NCBI GenBank assembly: GCA_963797685.1 | Contig: CAWCQK010000004.1 | Coordinates: 2,444 to 66,443, forward strand | Reading direction: 5' to 3' | Length of the DNA: 64,000 bases | From: an uncultured Chloroflexia bacterium | GTDB taxonomy: Bacteria; Chloroflexota; Limnocylindria; Limnocylindrales; CSP1-4 | In this document: piece by piece, positions 10,116 through 19,567 of the stretch | How positions within the stretch are numbered: position 1 is the stretch's first letter | How the letters are laid out: the number at the start of each line of letters is the position of its first letter | Notes under the pieces: model-generated | The model's database searches: none | What the model was told of the DNA's origin: nothing | The model's input: the letters and a program-made list of their open reading frames with translations, nothing else | Translations under genes and position numbers: made by a program

Positions 10116-11165
10116 ATGGCATCGATCACGGAGGTCGCCCGACTCGCGGGCGTGTCGGCCGCGACTGCCTCGCGCGTCGTGTCCGCATCGGACTATCCGG
10201 TCAGCGCGGCCACGCGTGAGCGGGTGCTCGAGGCGGCGCGGACGCTCGACTACGTCCCGAACGCCCTCGCTCGGGGGCTGCTCAAGAGCCGGGTCCCCGT
10301 CGTCGCGGTCATCGTCCACGACATCACCGACCCGTATTTCGCGGAGGTCGTGCGCGGGGTCGAGGATGCCGCGTCGGTGGCCGGGTTCCTGGTCATCACC
10401 TGCTCATCCGAACGGGACGCGGAGCGCGAGCGGTCGTACGTCCGGCTGCTGCGCTCGATCCGGGCCGCGGCCGTTGTCTTCGCCGGCAGCGGCCTCGACG
10501 ACCCGGTGGTCACCGAGGAGATCGACCGACACCTCGCCGCCATGCGCGCCGATGGCGCGGCGATCGTCCACCTGTCGCCACACGCCACGGGCGAGCCGGA
10601 GGTCGGCGTCGACAACGCGGCCGGGGTCGCGGCGATGGTCGCCGCCCTGGTCGCACTCGGCCACCGGCGGATCGCATTCCTGGCCGGACCGCACTCGCTC
10701 TACGTCGCCGCGGCCCGGCTGGCGGGATATCGGCAGGGCCTCGAGGCGGCCGGGATCGCGTTCGACGAGCGGCTTGTCGTCCGGACGAGCTTCGATGCCG
10801 CCGGTGGCGAGCTCGGCATCGATACCCTGCTTGCAAGCGAGATGCCGTTCACTGCCGTCTGTTGCGCGAACGACCTGCTGGCGCTGGGTGCGCTCGGTCG
10901 GCTCGCGGAGCTCGGGATCGCCGTCCCGGACGCAGTATCCGTGGCCGGCTTCGACGACATCTCCACGGCCGCGCTGACCGCACCCAGCCTCTCGACCGTC
11001 CGGTTGCCGCTCCGCGAGATGGGCCGCCGCGGCTTCGCGCATGCGACCGGGGTCCTCGCCGGCGACGAGCCGAGCCGTGAGATCCTCCCGACCGAGGTCG
11101 TCCTCCGCGGGTCGACCGCGGCGCCCCCGCCGGCCGATCCGGTCCGCCCGGTCGCGGCCGTTTGA
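10116..11165 (+). CDS. LacI family transcriptional regulator
   Basis: N-terminal HTH MASITEVARLAGVSAATASRVV...YVPNALARGL followed by a periplasmic-binding-protein-like sugar-binding core. Confidence 0.92.
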   Translation: MASITEVARLAGVSAATASRVVSASDYPVSAATRERVLEAARTLDYVPNALARGLLKSRVPVVAVIVHDITDPYFAEVVRGVEDAASVAGFLVITCSSERDAERERSYVRLLRSIRAAAVVFAGSGLDDPVVTEEIDRHLAAMRADGAAIVHLSPHATGEPEVGVDNAAGVAAMVAALVALGHRRIAFLAGPHSLYVAAARLAGYRQGLEAAGIAFDERLVVRTSFDAAGGELGIDTLLASEMPFTAVCCANDLLALGALGRLAELGIAVPDAVSVAGFDDISTAALTAPSLSTVRLPLREMGRRGFAHATGVLAGDEPSREILPTEVVLRGSTAAPPPADPVRPVAAV

Positions 11166-11923
11166 TGGGTGGCGTGCTGGCCGGTCGGGTCGTCCTGATC
11201 ACGGGGAGCAGCCGTGGCATCGGCGCCGAAGTCGCCGTCAAGGCGGCCGCGGAAGGGGCGGTGGTCGCGATCCATTACCTCCGCGGTGCAGATGCGGCAG
11301 CGGCGACCCTCGAACGGGTCCGCGCTGCCGGCGCTGGCGAGGCCGACACCTTCGTCGCCGACGTCGCCGACGGTCCCCAGGCAGAGGCTCTCGTCGAACG
11401 CGTCATCGAGCGGTTCGGTCGCATCGATGGGCTGGTCAACAACGCAGGCCTGACGCAGGTCGGGCCGTTCCTCGAGATCGACCCGGCCGACTGGGACGCC
11501 GTCATCCGGACCGACCTGACGGCGGCATTCCATACGTGCCGCGCGGCGCTGCCCTCGATGGTGGAGCGGGAGAGCGGCACCATCGTCAACGTCGCGTCGA
11601 GGCTCGGACAGATGGGGGTCGCCGAGACGGCCGCCTACTCGGCCGCGAAGGCCGGGCTCATCGGTCTGACCCGCGCGCTCGCGCGCGAGTTCGGTCCACG
11701 CGGGATCCGTGTCAACGCGGTCGCACCCGGTGTCACCGTGACAGACATGACCACCGACCTGGTGGACAGCGACGAAGGCCGGCGGCGCCTGCGTGACATG
11801 GCGCTCGGACGGTTCGGGCGGGCCGACGAGGTCGCCGACGCGGTGCTCTTCCTTCTCTCCGACGCGTCGTCCCTGTTCCTCGGCCAGACGCTCAACCCGA
11901 ACGCCGGCGGGTACATGCCGTGA
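11165..11923 (+). CDS. SDR family oxidoreductase (FabG-like)
   Basis: ITGSSRGIGAEVA Rossmann motif, NNAG, YSAAKAG active site. ATG overlaps the LacI stop. TTG 11162 is an alternative start. Confidence 0.9.
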   Translation: MGGVLAGRVVLITGSSRGIGAEVAVKAAAEGAVVAIHYLRGADAAAATLERVRAAGAGEADTFVADVADGPQAEALVERVIERFGRIDGLVNNAGLTQVGPFLEIDPADWDAVIRTDLTAAFHTCRAALPSMVERESGTIVNVASRLGQMGVAETAAYSAAKAGLIGLTRALAREFGPRGIRVNAVAPGVTVTDMTTDLVDSDEGRRRLRDMALGRFGRADEVADAVLFLLSDASSLFLGQTLNPNAGGYMP

Positions 11924-13488
11924 GCCCCGCCTCCAAGGTCATCGAGGTCCGCGAGGCCGTCGAGCTCGTCCATGACGGCAGCACGCTGCTCATCGGTGGC
12001 TCGGGCGCCGGGCACGCGGTCCCGCAGCGGTTCATCGACGAGCTGGCCGCCGTCTTCACCGCCGAGGGGCGGCCGCGAGACCTCACCACGGTGCGGATCG
12101 TCGGCATCGGCGACTTCGCCGACCGCGGCTTCTCGCAGCTCGGGTTGCCGGGTCTCATGCGCCGGACGATCGGCAGCAACATCGGCAACGAACCGCGGCT
12201 GGGGGCCATGGTCGAGGCCAACCAGCTCGAGGCGTACTCGTTCCCACAGGGCGTGCTCTCGCAACTGATGCGCGAGATCGCCGCGGGCCGGCCCGGGCTC
12301 GTGACGCAGGTGGGCCTCGGGACGTACGTGGACCCGCGGCAGACCGGCGGCAAGCAGAACGCCTGCACGACCGAGGACCTGGTCGAGGTCGTCACCCTGC
12401 GCGGGCGTGAATGGCTGCTGTATCACGCGTTCCCGATCGACGTGGCCGTCATCCGCGGGACGACCGCCGACGAGGACGGCAACCTGACCATGGAAGGCGA
12501 GGCGGTCCAGGGCGAGATGCTGGCGATGGCCATGGCCGCCCGGAACAGCGGCGGGATCGTCGTCGCGCAGGTCCGCCAGCTCGCGACGCGCGGCAGCCTC
12601 GGCCCGCGCGAGGTCAAGGTGCCGGCCGCGCTCATCGACCATGTGTACGTCGATCCCGACCAGTGGCAGACGTACATCACGCGGGACTCGCCGTACTACG
12701 CGGGCGCCCGGCGGCGGCCGGTCCGCCCCGAGCCGCCGTTGCCGCTCGACGTGCGCAAGATCATCGCCCGGCGGTCACTGCTGGAGTTCCCGCCGGGTGC
12801 CATCTGCAACCTCGGCTTCGGGATCAGCCAGCTCATCGGCCGGGTCGCATGGGAGGAGGGCATCACCGACCGCCTCGTGCTGACCGTCGAGCAAGGGATC
12901 TTCGGCGGTGTTCCGGTGGCGGGCAACGAAGGTGGCGCCGGGTTCAACTACCAGGCGATGATCGAGCAGCCATCGATGTTCGACTTCTACGACGGTGGCG
13001 GGCTCGACATCGCGAGCCTGTCGTTCGCCGAAGTGGACGCCGAGGGCAACGTCAACGTCCACGCGTTCGAGGGCCGGGTGCGCGGGCCGGGCGGCTTCCC
13101 GAACATCAGCGCCCGGACCGGCAGGATCAACTTCGTGGGCACGCTGACCGCGCAGGGACTCGAGCTCGACATCGATGGCGGGGTCCGCATCGTCCGCGAA
13201 GGCGCGCTCCACAAGTTCGTGCCACGGGTCCGCGAGATCTCGTTCAACGGCCGGCTCGCGCGCGAGCGTGGGCAGCAGGTCCGCTACGTCACCGATCGCG
13301 CGGTCTTCGCCCTCGAGGACGATGGCCTGGTGCTCATCGAGGTCGCGCCGGGAATCGATGTCGAGCGCGATGTCCTTGGCCAGATGGGCTTCCGTCCGCG
13401 GGTGGCCGACCCGCTGCCGACGATGGATCCGCGGCTGTACGCGACCGGACCGATGGGTCTCGCGGCCGACTTCGGGGCGGGCTCGTGA
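11920..13488 (+). CDS. acyl-CoA:acetate/3-ketoacid CoA-transferase family protein (YdiF-like, fused subunits)
   Basis: 522 aa. GTGA overlap with the upstream stop. LLIGGSGAGHAVP, EAYSFPQGVLSQL and LTVEQGIFGG segments are typical of family I CoA-transferases. Confidence 0.85.
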   Translation: MSPASKVIEVREAVELVHDGSTLLIGGSGAGHAVPQRFIDELAAVFTAEGRPRDLTTVRIVGIGDFADRGFSQLGLPGLMRRTIGSNIGNEPRLGAMVEANQLEAYSFPQGVLSQLMREIAAGRPGLVTQVGLGTYVDPRQTGGKQNACTTEDLVEVVTLRGREWLLYHAFPIDVAVIRGTTADEDGNLTMEGEAVQGEMLAMAMAARNSGGIVVAQVRQLATRGSLGPREVKVPAALIDHVYVDPDQWQTYITRDSPYYAGARRRPVRPEPPLPLDVRKIIARRSLLEFPPGAICNLGFGISQLIGRVAWEEGITDRLVLTVEQGIFGGVPVAGNEGGAGFNYQAMIEQPSMFDFYDGGGLDIASLSFAEVDAEGNVNVHAFEGRVRGPGGFPNISARTGRINFVGTLTAQGLELDIDGGVRIVREGALHKFVPRVREISFNGRLARERGQQVRYVTDRAVFALEDDGLVLIEVAPGIDVERDVLGQMGFRPRVADPLPTMDPRLYATGPMGLAADFGAGS

Positions 13489-14258
13489 GCGCGCTCGTCG
13501 CGCTCGAGCTGGGGCGTGTCGCCCACCTCGAGCTGGTGAACCCGCCGCTCAACCTGTTCACCGGCGAGCTCGTGCTCCAGCTCCGCGATGCTCTCCGGGC
13601 GATCGAGGCGGCCGAGGACGTCCGCGCGGTCGTCGTGAGCGGCCGCGGCGAGCGCGCGTTCTCCGCCGGTTCGCACGTCGGCGAGTTCGAGGACCAGGCG
13701 GGTGAGGCAGGCCGCGACCGCCACCAGCTCGACCAGGACGTGTGGCGCCAGCTGGCCGAGCTGCCGATGCCGACGATCGCGGCGATCGAGGGCCACTGCC
13801 TCGGCGGCGGGCTCGAGCTGGCGCTGTGCTGCGACATCCGGGTGGCATCCGAGACGGCCAGGCTGGGTCTGCCCGAGGTCAGTCTGGCCGTCATCCCGGG
13901 CGCCGGCGGGACGCAGCGGCTGCCGCGGGTGGTCGGTGCGACTCGGGCAAAGGAGATGATCCTGACCGGGCGCGTGCTGAGCGCGAGCGAGGCCGAGGCG
14001 ATCGGCCTGGTCAACCGCGTCGTGCCGGCGGGCAGCGCCGTCGCGGCCGCCGACGAGCTCGGAGCCGAGATCGCGCAGCGCGGTCCCGTCGCCGTTCGCG
14101 AGGCGAAGCGGCTCATCGACACCGCGCTCGATCGCGACATCGGGGCCGGCCTCGAGGCCGAGTTCGAAGCCTCGGAACGGATCTTTGCCACAGAGGACAT
14201 GGTCGAGGGTGCCCGGGCGTTCTTCGAGAGGCGCGATCCGAACTACAGCGGCCGATGA
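13485..14258 (+). CDS. enoyl-CoA hydratase/isomerase (crotonase) family protein
   Basis: GTG start overlapping the upstream TGA. Crotonase motifs FSAGSHVGEF, IAAIEGHCLGGGLELALCCDIRVA, GLPEVSLAVIPGAGGTQRLPR. Confidence 0.92.
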   Translation: MSALVALELGRVAHLELVNPPLNLFTGELVLQLRDALRAIEAAEDVRAVVVSGRGERAFSAGSHVGEFEDQAGEAGRDRHQLDQDVWRQLAELPMPTIAAIEGHCLGGGLELALCCDIRVASETARLGLPEVSLAVIPGAGGTQRLPRVVGATRAKEMILTGRVLSASEAEAIGLVNRVVPAGSAVAAADELGAEIAQRGPVAVREAKRLIDTALDRDIGAGLEAEFEASERIFATEDMVEGARAFFERRDPNYSGR

Positions 14259-14285
14259 GCGAGCCGAACGCACGGAAGGGAGCAC

Positions 14286-15329
14286 ATGGCTGACGTCGAG
14301 CGTTTCGGGGTCTTTCTGCCCTCGTATGTCTGGGAGGGCGATGGGCCCGAACGCGCCCGCGGGATCAAGGCGTTCGCGAGGGAAGTGGAGGAGCTCGGCT
14401 TCGACTCGCTGTTCATCACCGACCACCTGCTGGCGGCAAAGCGCTTCTACAGCGTCGACTGGCTCGAGCCGCTGACCACGCTCGCGGTGGCGGCCGGGGC
14501 GACCGAGCACGTCCGTCTCGGCACGTCGATCCTGATCATGCCGCTGCGCAACCCGGTCATCCTGGCCAAGGAGCTCGCGACTCTGCAGTTCCTGTCCGAC
14601 AACCGGGTGATCCTCGGCGCCGGCGTCGGCTGGAACGACGTCGAGTACGAGGCGGTCGGCGTCCACAAATCGGAGCGCGGCAAGCGCACCGACGAGATGC
14701 TCGACATCATGATGCCGCTGCTCGAAGGCGAGAGAGTGACCTACCACGGCGACTTCTACGACGTGGACGACGTGTTCATCGAGCCGCGGACGTCCCAGCG
14801 GCCGTTGCTCTGGATCGGCGGCGGGTCGCAGCTGGCCGACCCGAAGTCGCCGGACGTGCCCAAGTTCGTGAAGTCGGTCATGGCGCGGACCGTCCGCGCC
14901 GACGGCTGGATCCCGCGGCCGACCTGCCCGCCGCCGGATATCGCCCGCGACTGGCAGGAGCTGCAGGCCGCGATGCGCGTCGCCGGCAAGGACCCGTCGA
15001 GCACCCTCGTCGCGCACGAGAACTTCATGCACCTGGTCATGACCAACGACCCCGTCAAGGCGCGAGAGGAGCAGCACCGGGCGTTCCTCAAGGTCATGAG
15101 CAACGAGCGCGGACCCGCGTATCTCGAGACTGTCTACCTGTTCGGGACACCGGACGAGATCATCGCGTCGCTCCAGGCGCGCGTCGATGCAGGTGTCGAG
15201 TATTTCTTCCTCCACACGATGACCCCCGACCCGGCCCAGCTCCGCCTGTGGGTCGATGAGATCATCCCGAACGTGACCTTCCCCGCGACGGTCGGGCCGG
15301 TCCGCCGCCCCCCGACGCCCTGGCGATGA
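14286..15329 (+). CDS. LLM-class flavin/F420-dependent oxidoreductase
   Basis: 347 aa. Luciferase-like TIM-barrel pattern FDSLFITDHL...LGTSILIMPLRNPVILAKELATLQFLS..RVILGAGVGW. Confidence 0.85.
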   Translation: MADVERFGVFLPSYVWEGDGPERARGIKAFAREVEELGFDSLFITDHLLAAKRFYSVDWLEPLTTLAVAAGATEHVRLGTSILIMPLRNPVILAKELATLQFLSDNRVILGAGVGWNDVEYEAVGVHKSERGKRTDEMLDIMMPLLEGERVTYHGDFYDVDDVFIEPRTSQRPLLWIGGGSQLADPKSPDVPKFVKSVMARTVRADGWIPRPTCPPPDIARDWQELQAAMRVAGKDPSSTLVAHENFMHLVMTNDPVKAREEQHRAFLKVMSNERGPAYLETVYLFGTPDEIIASLQARVDAGVEYFFLHTMTPDPAQLRLWVDEIIPNVTFPATVGPVRRPPTPWR

Positions 15330-16183
15330 CCCGGCGGGTCGTGCTCCTCGGGAAGCCGCTCAAGCGGCGGCACTCGGTGGTCATGCACAACGCCGCCTTC
15401 GCCGCGGCGGGGATCGACGGCGAGTACGTCCTCGCCGAGCTCGACGAGGCAGAGATCCCGGAGGCCGTAGCTGCGGCCCGCGGGCCGGAGTTCCTGGGGC
15501 TCGGCGTGACCGCGCCGTACAAGCCGCTCGTGGCGGGCCTGGTCGATGAGGTCGAACCGACGGCGCGCGAGATCGGCGCGGTGAACAACGTGATCCGGAC
15601 AGACGATGGCCGGCTGATCGGCATCAATACGGACGCGCCTGGGTTCCGTGTCGGAGTGGAGATGGCGATGGGGCGGGCCCTGGCCGGGGCGGACGTCGTG
15701 ATCGCCGGGGCGGGTGGCGCGGCCCACGCAGTCGTGTTCGCGTGTCTGGACGCCGGGGCGAGCCGGGTGACGATCGGGAGTCGGGATGGGGCCTCCGCGG
15801 AGGCGCTCGCGGAGCAATTCGCGGGCGTGGGGGGTGCGACGGTCACGGCGGTGGCGCTCGACGACCCCGCGTTCGCTGCGGCACTCGAGTCCACGGACCT
15901 GGCCGTGAACGCGACGACCGTGGGCATGACCCAGCCCGGGATGACCATCGACGTCGACCGGCTCCCGACCGAGGCCACCGTCTTCGATCTCGTCTACGTG
16001 CCGGCGGAGACGCCGCTCCTGCGGGCGGCGCGGGCGCGCGGCCTGCGCGCTGCCAACGGCTCGGAGATGCTCATCGCCCAGGCGGTCATCGCCTTCGAGC
16101 GCTGGACCGGGGTGGGCGGCATGGCCGGCGTCATGCGCGCCGCCGTGGCGCCGCTGCTCGCCGACGCGACCGGGACGGCCTGA
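15326..16183 (+). CDS. aroE: shikimate (or quinate/shikimate) dehydrogenase
   Basis: ATGA overlap with the upstream stop. AroE motifs HSVVMHNAAF, LGVTAPYKP, GAVNNV and NTDAPGF, plus NAD(P) loop GAGGAAHA. The catabolic context makes the physiological substrate uncertain. Confidence 0.8.
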   Translation: MTRRVVLLGKPLKRRHSVVMHNAAFAAAGIDGEYVLAELDEAEIPEAVAAARGPEFLGLGVTAPYKPLVAGLVDEVEPTAREIGAVNNVIRTDDGRLIGINTDAPGFRVGVEMAMGRALAGADVVIAGAGGAAHAVVFACLDAGASRVTIGSRDGASAEALAEQFAGVGGATVTAVALDDPAFAAALESTDLAVNATTVGMTQPGMTIDVDRLPTEATVFDLVYVPAETPLLRAARARGLRAANGSEMLIAQAVIAFERWTGVGGMAGVMRAAVAPLLADATGTA

Positions 16184-16187
16184 CCGA

Positions 16188-16836
16188 GTGACCCGGCTCG
16201 ACGTCCCCACTCCCGGAGCGATCTACACGGTCGGGCTGAACTATCGAGCGCCCGGAGAGGCCGATGGAAGCCGACCCGATCGGCCTCTCATCTACGGCAA
16301 GGCCGCGTCCGCGATCGCCGGCGACGGCGCGACGCTCGCCTGGGACCGCTCGCTGACAGCCAACGTCGACGCCGAGGTCGAGCTCGGAGTCGTGATCGGG
16401 GAGACCGCGTGGAACGTCGCGCCCGAGGACGCCATCCGCCGCATCCTCGGCTACACGATCGTGAACGACGTCTCGTCGCGCGACCCGTGGCTTGACGGGG
16501 ACCAGTGGCTGCTCGGCAAGTCGATGCCCGGGTTCTGCCCGGCTGGTCCGTGGGTCGTCCCGGCAGAGGATCTCGATCCCGCGGACCTCCGCCTCGGCTG
16601 CACCATCAACGGCGAGACGATCCAGGACGGGCGGACCTCGGACATGCGTTTCTCGGTCGCCGAGATCGTCGCCTTCCTGAGCCGCCATGTGGAGCTCGCC
16701 CCGGGCGATCTGATCGCCACCGGCACGCCGGTGCGGCTCGCGTCGCCGCCCGGGCCCAGACCGGCACCTGCAGCCGGCTGACGTCGTGACCTGCTGGATC
16801 GAAGGCATCGGCGAGCTCACCACCCACGTCGCGTGA
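16188..16836 (+). pseudogene. fumarylacetoacetate hydrolase (FAH) family protein, C-terminal frameshift near 16746-16760
   Basis: FAH core EVELGVVIG...YTIVNDVSSRD...GKSMPGFCPAGPW...GDLIATGTP in ORF 16188..16781. The canonical C-terminus HLQPADVVTCWIEGIGELTTHVA* is in the next frame and ends at TGA 16834-16836. The shift lies within the run ccgCCCGGGCCCag. Confidence 0.8.
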
Positions 16837-16858
16837 CGTCGCGAGAGGAGATCCCACG

Positions 16859-17647
16859 ATGAAGCCACCGACCGTGTTCCTCGGCGAGATGACGAACCCC
16901 GAGGTCGAGGCGTTCGTGCGGGACCACGACACGGTGCTCGTGCCGGTCGGCTCGACCGAACAGCATGGCCCGCACGGCCCGTTGCTGACCGATGTCCTCG
17001 TGCCGGTCGAGGTCGCTCGTCGCGTGGGGCCGCGGGCCGGTGCCGCGGTCGCGCCATCGATCAACTACGGGCTGTCGTATCCGCACGTGGGGTTCACCGG
17101 TGTCGTCCACCTCGGGATCGCCACGTTCATGGCAGTCGTCGAGGACGTGGCGGTCGGCCTCGCGACCATGGGCTTCCGGAGGATCGTGTTCCTCAACGGC
17201 CACTACGACAACACCCTGGCGATCGCCTACGCCTGCGCGAACGCGGCCCCGCGGCTGCCCGACGGCACGCGTGCCTTCCCGGTCAACTACTGGGACGGCA
17301 TGACCCCGGACGAGGCCGGTGAGTTCTTCGGACCCACGGCCGGTCTCCATGCCAACAAGGCCGAGACGTCGGCGGTGATGGCGATCGATCCGAGCCTGGT
17401 CGACATCGACGCCGCCAATGCGGAGATGCCGCCGTTCCCCGAGGTGACGAGTCCCGCCGCCGTGCACACGGCGTTCTTCTTCTCGACGCCGGGCTCCGTC
17501 CATCGGGCGAGCCATTCGGGAACGTGGGGCGATGCGCGCGACTCGTCTGCCGAGTACGGCGAGCGCTACCTGCAGGTCGTCACGGAGGCGACGCTGCGGA
17601 TGCTCGATGACGTGGAGCGGACGTTCGAGGCGATGCCGCCGCGCTGA
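16859..17647 (+). CDS. creatininase (creatinine amidohydrolase) family protein
   Basis: GAGAGGAG upstream of the start. VPVGSTEQHGPHGPLLTD and FLNGHYDN are creatininase-family metal-site motifs. Confidence 0.88.
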   Translation: MKPPTVFLGEMTNPEVEAFVRDHDTVLVPVGSTEQHGPHGPLLTDVLVPVEVARRVGPRAGAAVAPSINYGLSYPHVGFTGVVHLGIATFMAVVEDVAVGLATMGFRRIVFLNGHYDNTLAIAYACANAAPRLPDGTRAFPVNYWDGMTPDEAGEFFGPTAGLHANKAETSAVMAIDPSLVDIDAANAEMPPFPEVTSPAAVHTAFFFSTPGSVHRASHSGTWGDARDSSAEYGERYLQVVTEATLRMLDDVERTFEAMPPR

Positions 17648-17669
17648 GGCCCGTGTGGCGCCGGCTCGC

Positions 17670-18815
17670 TCAGTCGGCGTCGGCCGCGAACCAGGTCCCT
17701 TGGCGCATCACGCGTCGCACCCGGAGGGCCGGGTCCAGCCGGACCAGGTCGGCCCGCTGGCCGACCGCGAGGCGACCGCGGTCCGAGATCCCGAGGAGCA
17801 TCAGCGGGTTCCGACTCGCGGCTGCGACGGCGGCCGGCAGGGCCACGCCCGAGGCCACCAGGTTCCGGACGGCGGTGTCGAGCGCGATCACCGACCCGGC
17901 CAGAGTCGTGGTGCCGACCAACGTGACCCGCCCGCCGACGACCTCCACCTCGAGCCCGCCGATCCAGCCCCGTCCATCGCCGGTCCCTGCCAGGGCGTGT
18001 GCGTCGCTGACGAGGAGCAGCCGATCGGTCGGCTTGAGCCGGGTGATGAGTGGCCAGACGGCGGGATCGACGTGCAGTCCGTCGGCGATGAGCTCGACGC
18101 AGGCGTCGTCCTCGAGCAGCGCGGCCAGGGCGACGCCGGGCGCGCGATGGTCGATCCCGGTCATCGCGTTGAACAGGTGGGTCGTGGACGTGGCGCCTGC
18201 CGCGTAGCCCGCGCGGGCCTGTTCGATGGTCGCCGCCGAATGACCCACCGACACGGCCACGCCGCGGTCGTGCAACCAGCCGATGAGCTCGAGGGCGCCG
18301 GGCAGCTCGGGTGCGACCGTGATCAAGCGGAGCCCGTCGAGGAACGGCTCGAGGACGTCACGGGGCACGTCCGCCGGGACGAGGAGGTGCGTCTGGTCGT
18401 GGGCGCCGCGGCGTGACGGCGCGAGGAACGGCCCTTCGAGGTTGAACCCGAGCGGCTCGGCGCCATCTGCAGCGGCGTCGGGCGACCAGGCCCGGACCCG
18501 ATCGGCGAACCCGGCGAGCGCGTCGAGCGGTGCTGTCACCGCAGTCGGCAGGAACGAGGTCACGCCGCGGCGCAGCAGCCTGCGGGCCATCCCGTCGAGC
18601 GATGTCGCGTCGCCCATCGCGTCGTGGCCGCCCCAGCCGTGGACGTGGACGTCGACGAAGCCGGGCGCGATGTAGGGGCCGTCGGCCGCGCTGTCCTCGG
18701 CGTCAAGCTCGACCGCGGTGATCCGGCCGTCCTCGATGGCGATCCGGCCACTCGCGATCCGGTCGTCGAGGACGAGGCGTCCGACGATCGTGCCCGGCGT
18801 GTCGGTGCTCGTCAC
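17670..18815 (-). CDS. nagA: N-acetylglucosamine-6-phosphate deacetylase
   Basis: GTG start overlapping the GntR stop (GTGA). APGFVDVHVHGWGGHD, NLEGPFL, VSVGHSAAT and THLFNAM are NagA signature segments. Confidence 0.9.
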   Translation of the reverse strand: MTSTDTPGTIVGRLVLDDRIASGRIAIEDGRITAVELDAEDSAADGPYIAPGFVDVHVHGWGGHDAMGDATSLDGMARRLLRRGVTSFLPTAVTAPLDALAGFADRVRAWSPDAAADGAEPLGFNLEGPFLAPSRRGAHDQTHLLVPADVPRDVLEPFLDGLRLITVAPELPGALELIGWLHDRGVAVSVGHSAATIEQARAGYAAGATSTTHLFNAMTGIDHRAPGVALAALLEDDACVELIADGLHVDPAVWPLITRLKPTDRLLLVSDAHALAGTGDGRGWIGGLEVEVVGGRVTLVGTTTLAGSVIALDTAVRNLVASGVALPAAVAAASRNPLMLLGISDRGRLAVGQRADLVRLDPALRVRRVMRQGTWFAADAD

Positions 18816-19567
18816 TCGGCCTCCGCTGGCTCGGTGCCGCCGACGCCCGGGTCCTCGACCTCGAACTGGACGACCAGCCCGTAGCGCTCTGCTGGATAGC
18901 GCAATTCGGTCGACTCGACACGTCGGCCGTGCTGGTCGACGATCACCCGCTGCTCGACGAGCAGCGGGTCGCCGGTCCGGATCCCGAGCAGGCGCGCGTC
19001 CTCGGCCGTGGCCGCGGCCGCCGTGATCGTGCCGGTGCCGCGCCGGAGGACGATGCCCGCCCGGCCGAGCGTTTCGTGGAGCGAGCCGGCGACGAGATCG
19101 GCCGTCATCACCGCGTTCGCGCAGGCCCCGATGAGGACCACCGACTCGAGCGCGATCGGCTCGCCATCGGCCTGGCGAATACGGCGCAGGTGCACGATCG
19201 GCTGGCGGGCGGGGATGCCCAGGCTGGCGGCCTCGACTGTCGTCGACGGCCGGATGACACGGGTCAGCAGCCGCGAGCTCGGGACGCGGCCCGCCCGGAG
19301 CATCTCCTGGGTGAAGGTCATCAGCCGGTTGGCGCGACGGTGCGCCGGCGGCTCGGCGACGAAGCTGCCGCGGCCCGGCTCGCGGGCGATCAGGCCGTCC
19401 TCGGCGAGGCGGTGCATGGCGTTCCGTGCCGTCATCCGGCTGACCCCGAACTCGGCGCACAGCTCGGCATCGGACGGCAGCCTCTCGCCGGGACGCAGCG
19501 TCGCGATCCGCTCGCGCAGCACCTGCTCGATCTGGCGGTACTGCGGCTGGTAGGCGGGTTCGGTCAT
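18812..19567 (-). CDS. GntR/HutC family transcriptional regulator (UTRA effector domain)
   Basis: N-terminal winged HTH LPSDAELCAEFGVSRMTARNAMHRLAEDGLIAREPGRGSFV, followed by a roughly 150-aa UTRA-like C-terminal domain. Confidence 0.9.
   Translation of the reverse strand: MTEPAYQPQYRQIEQVLRERIATLRPGERLPSDAELCAEFGVSRMTARNAMHRLAEDGLIAREPGRGSFVAEPPAHRRANRLMTFTQEMLRAGRVPSSRLLTRVIRPSTTVEAASLGIPARQPIVHLRRIRQADGEPIALESVVLIGACANAVMTADLVAGSLHETLGRAGIVLRRGTGTITAAAATAEDARLLGIRTGDPLLVEQRVIVDQHGRRVESTELRYPAERYGLVVQFEVEDPGVGGTEPAEAE

Noticed and set aside
13284-15215. 643-aa minus-strand ORF, one of the longest in the track
   Set aside because: It lies antisense to the well-supported enoyl-CoA hydratase and LLM genes. 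The translation is Arg/Gly/Pro/Asp-rich with no motifs, a typical shadow ORF of a very GC-rich genome.
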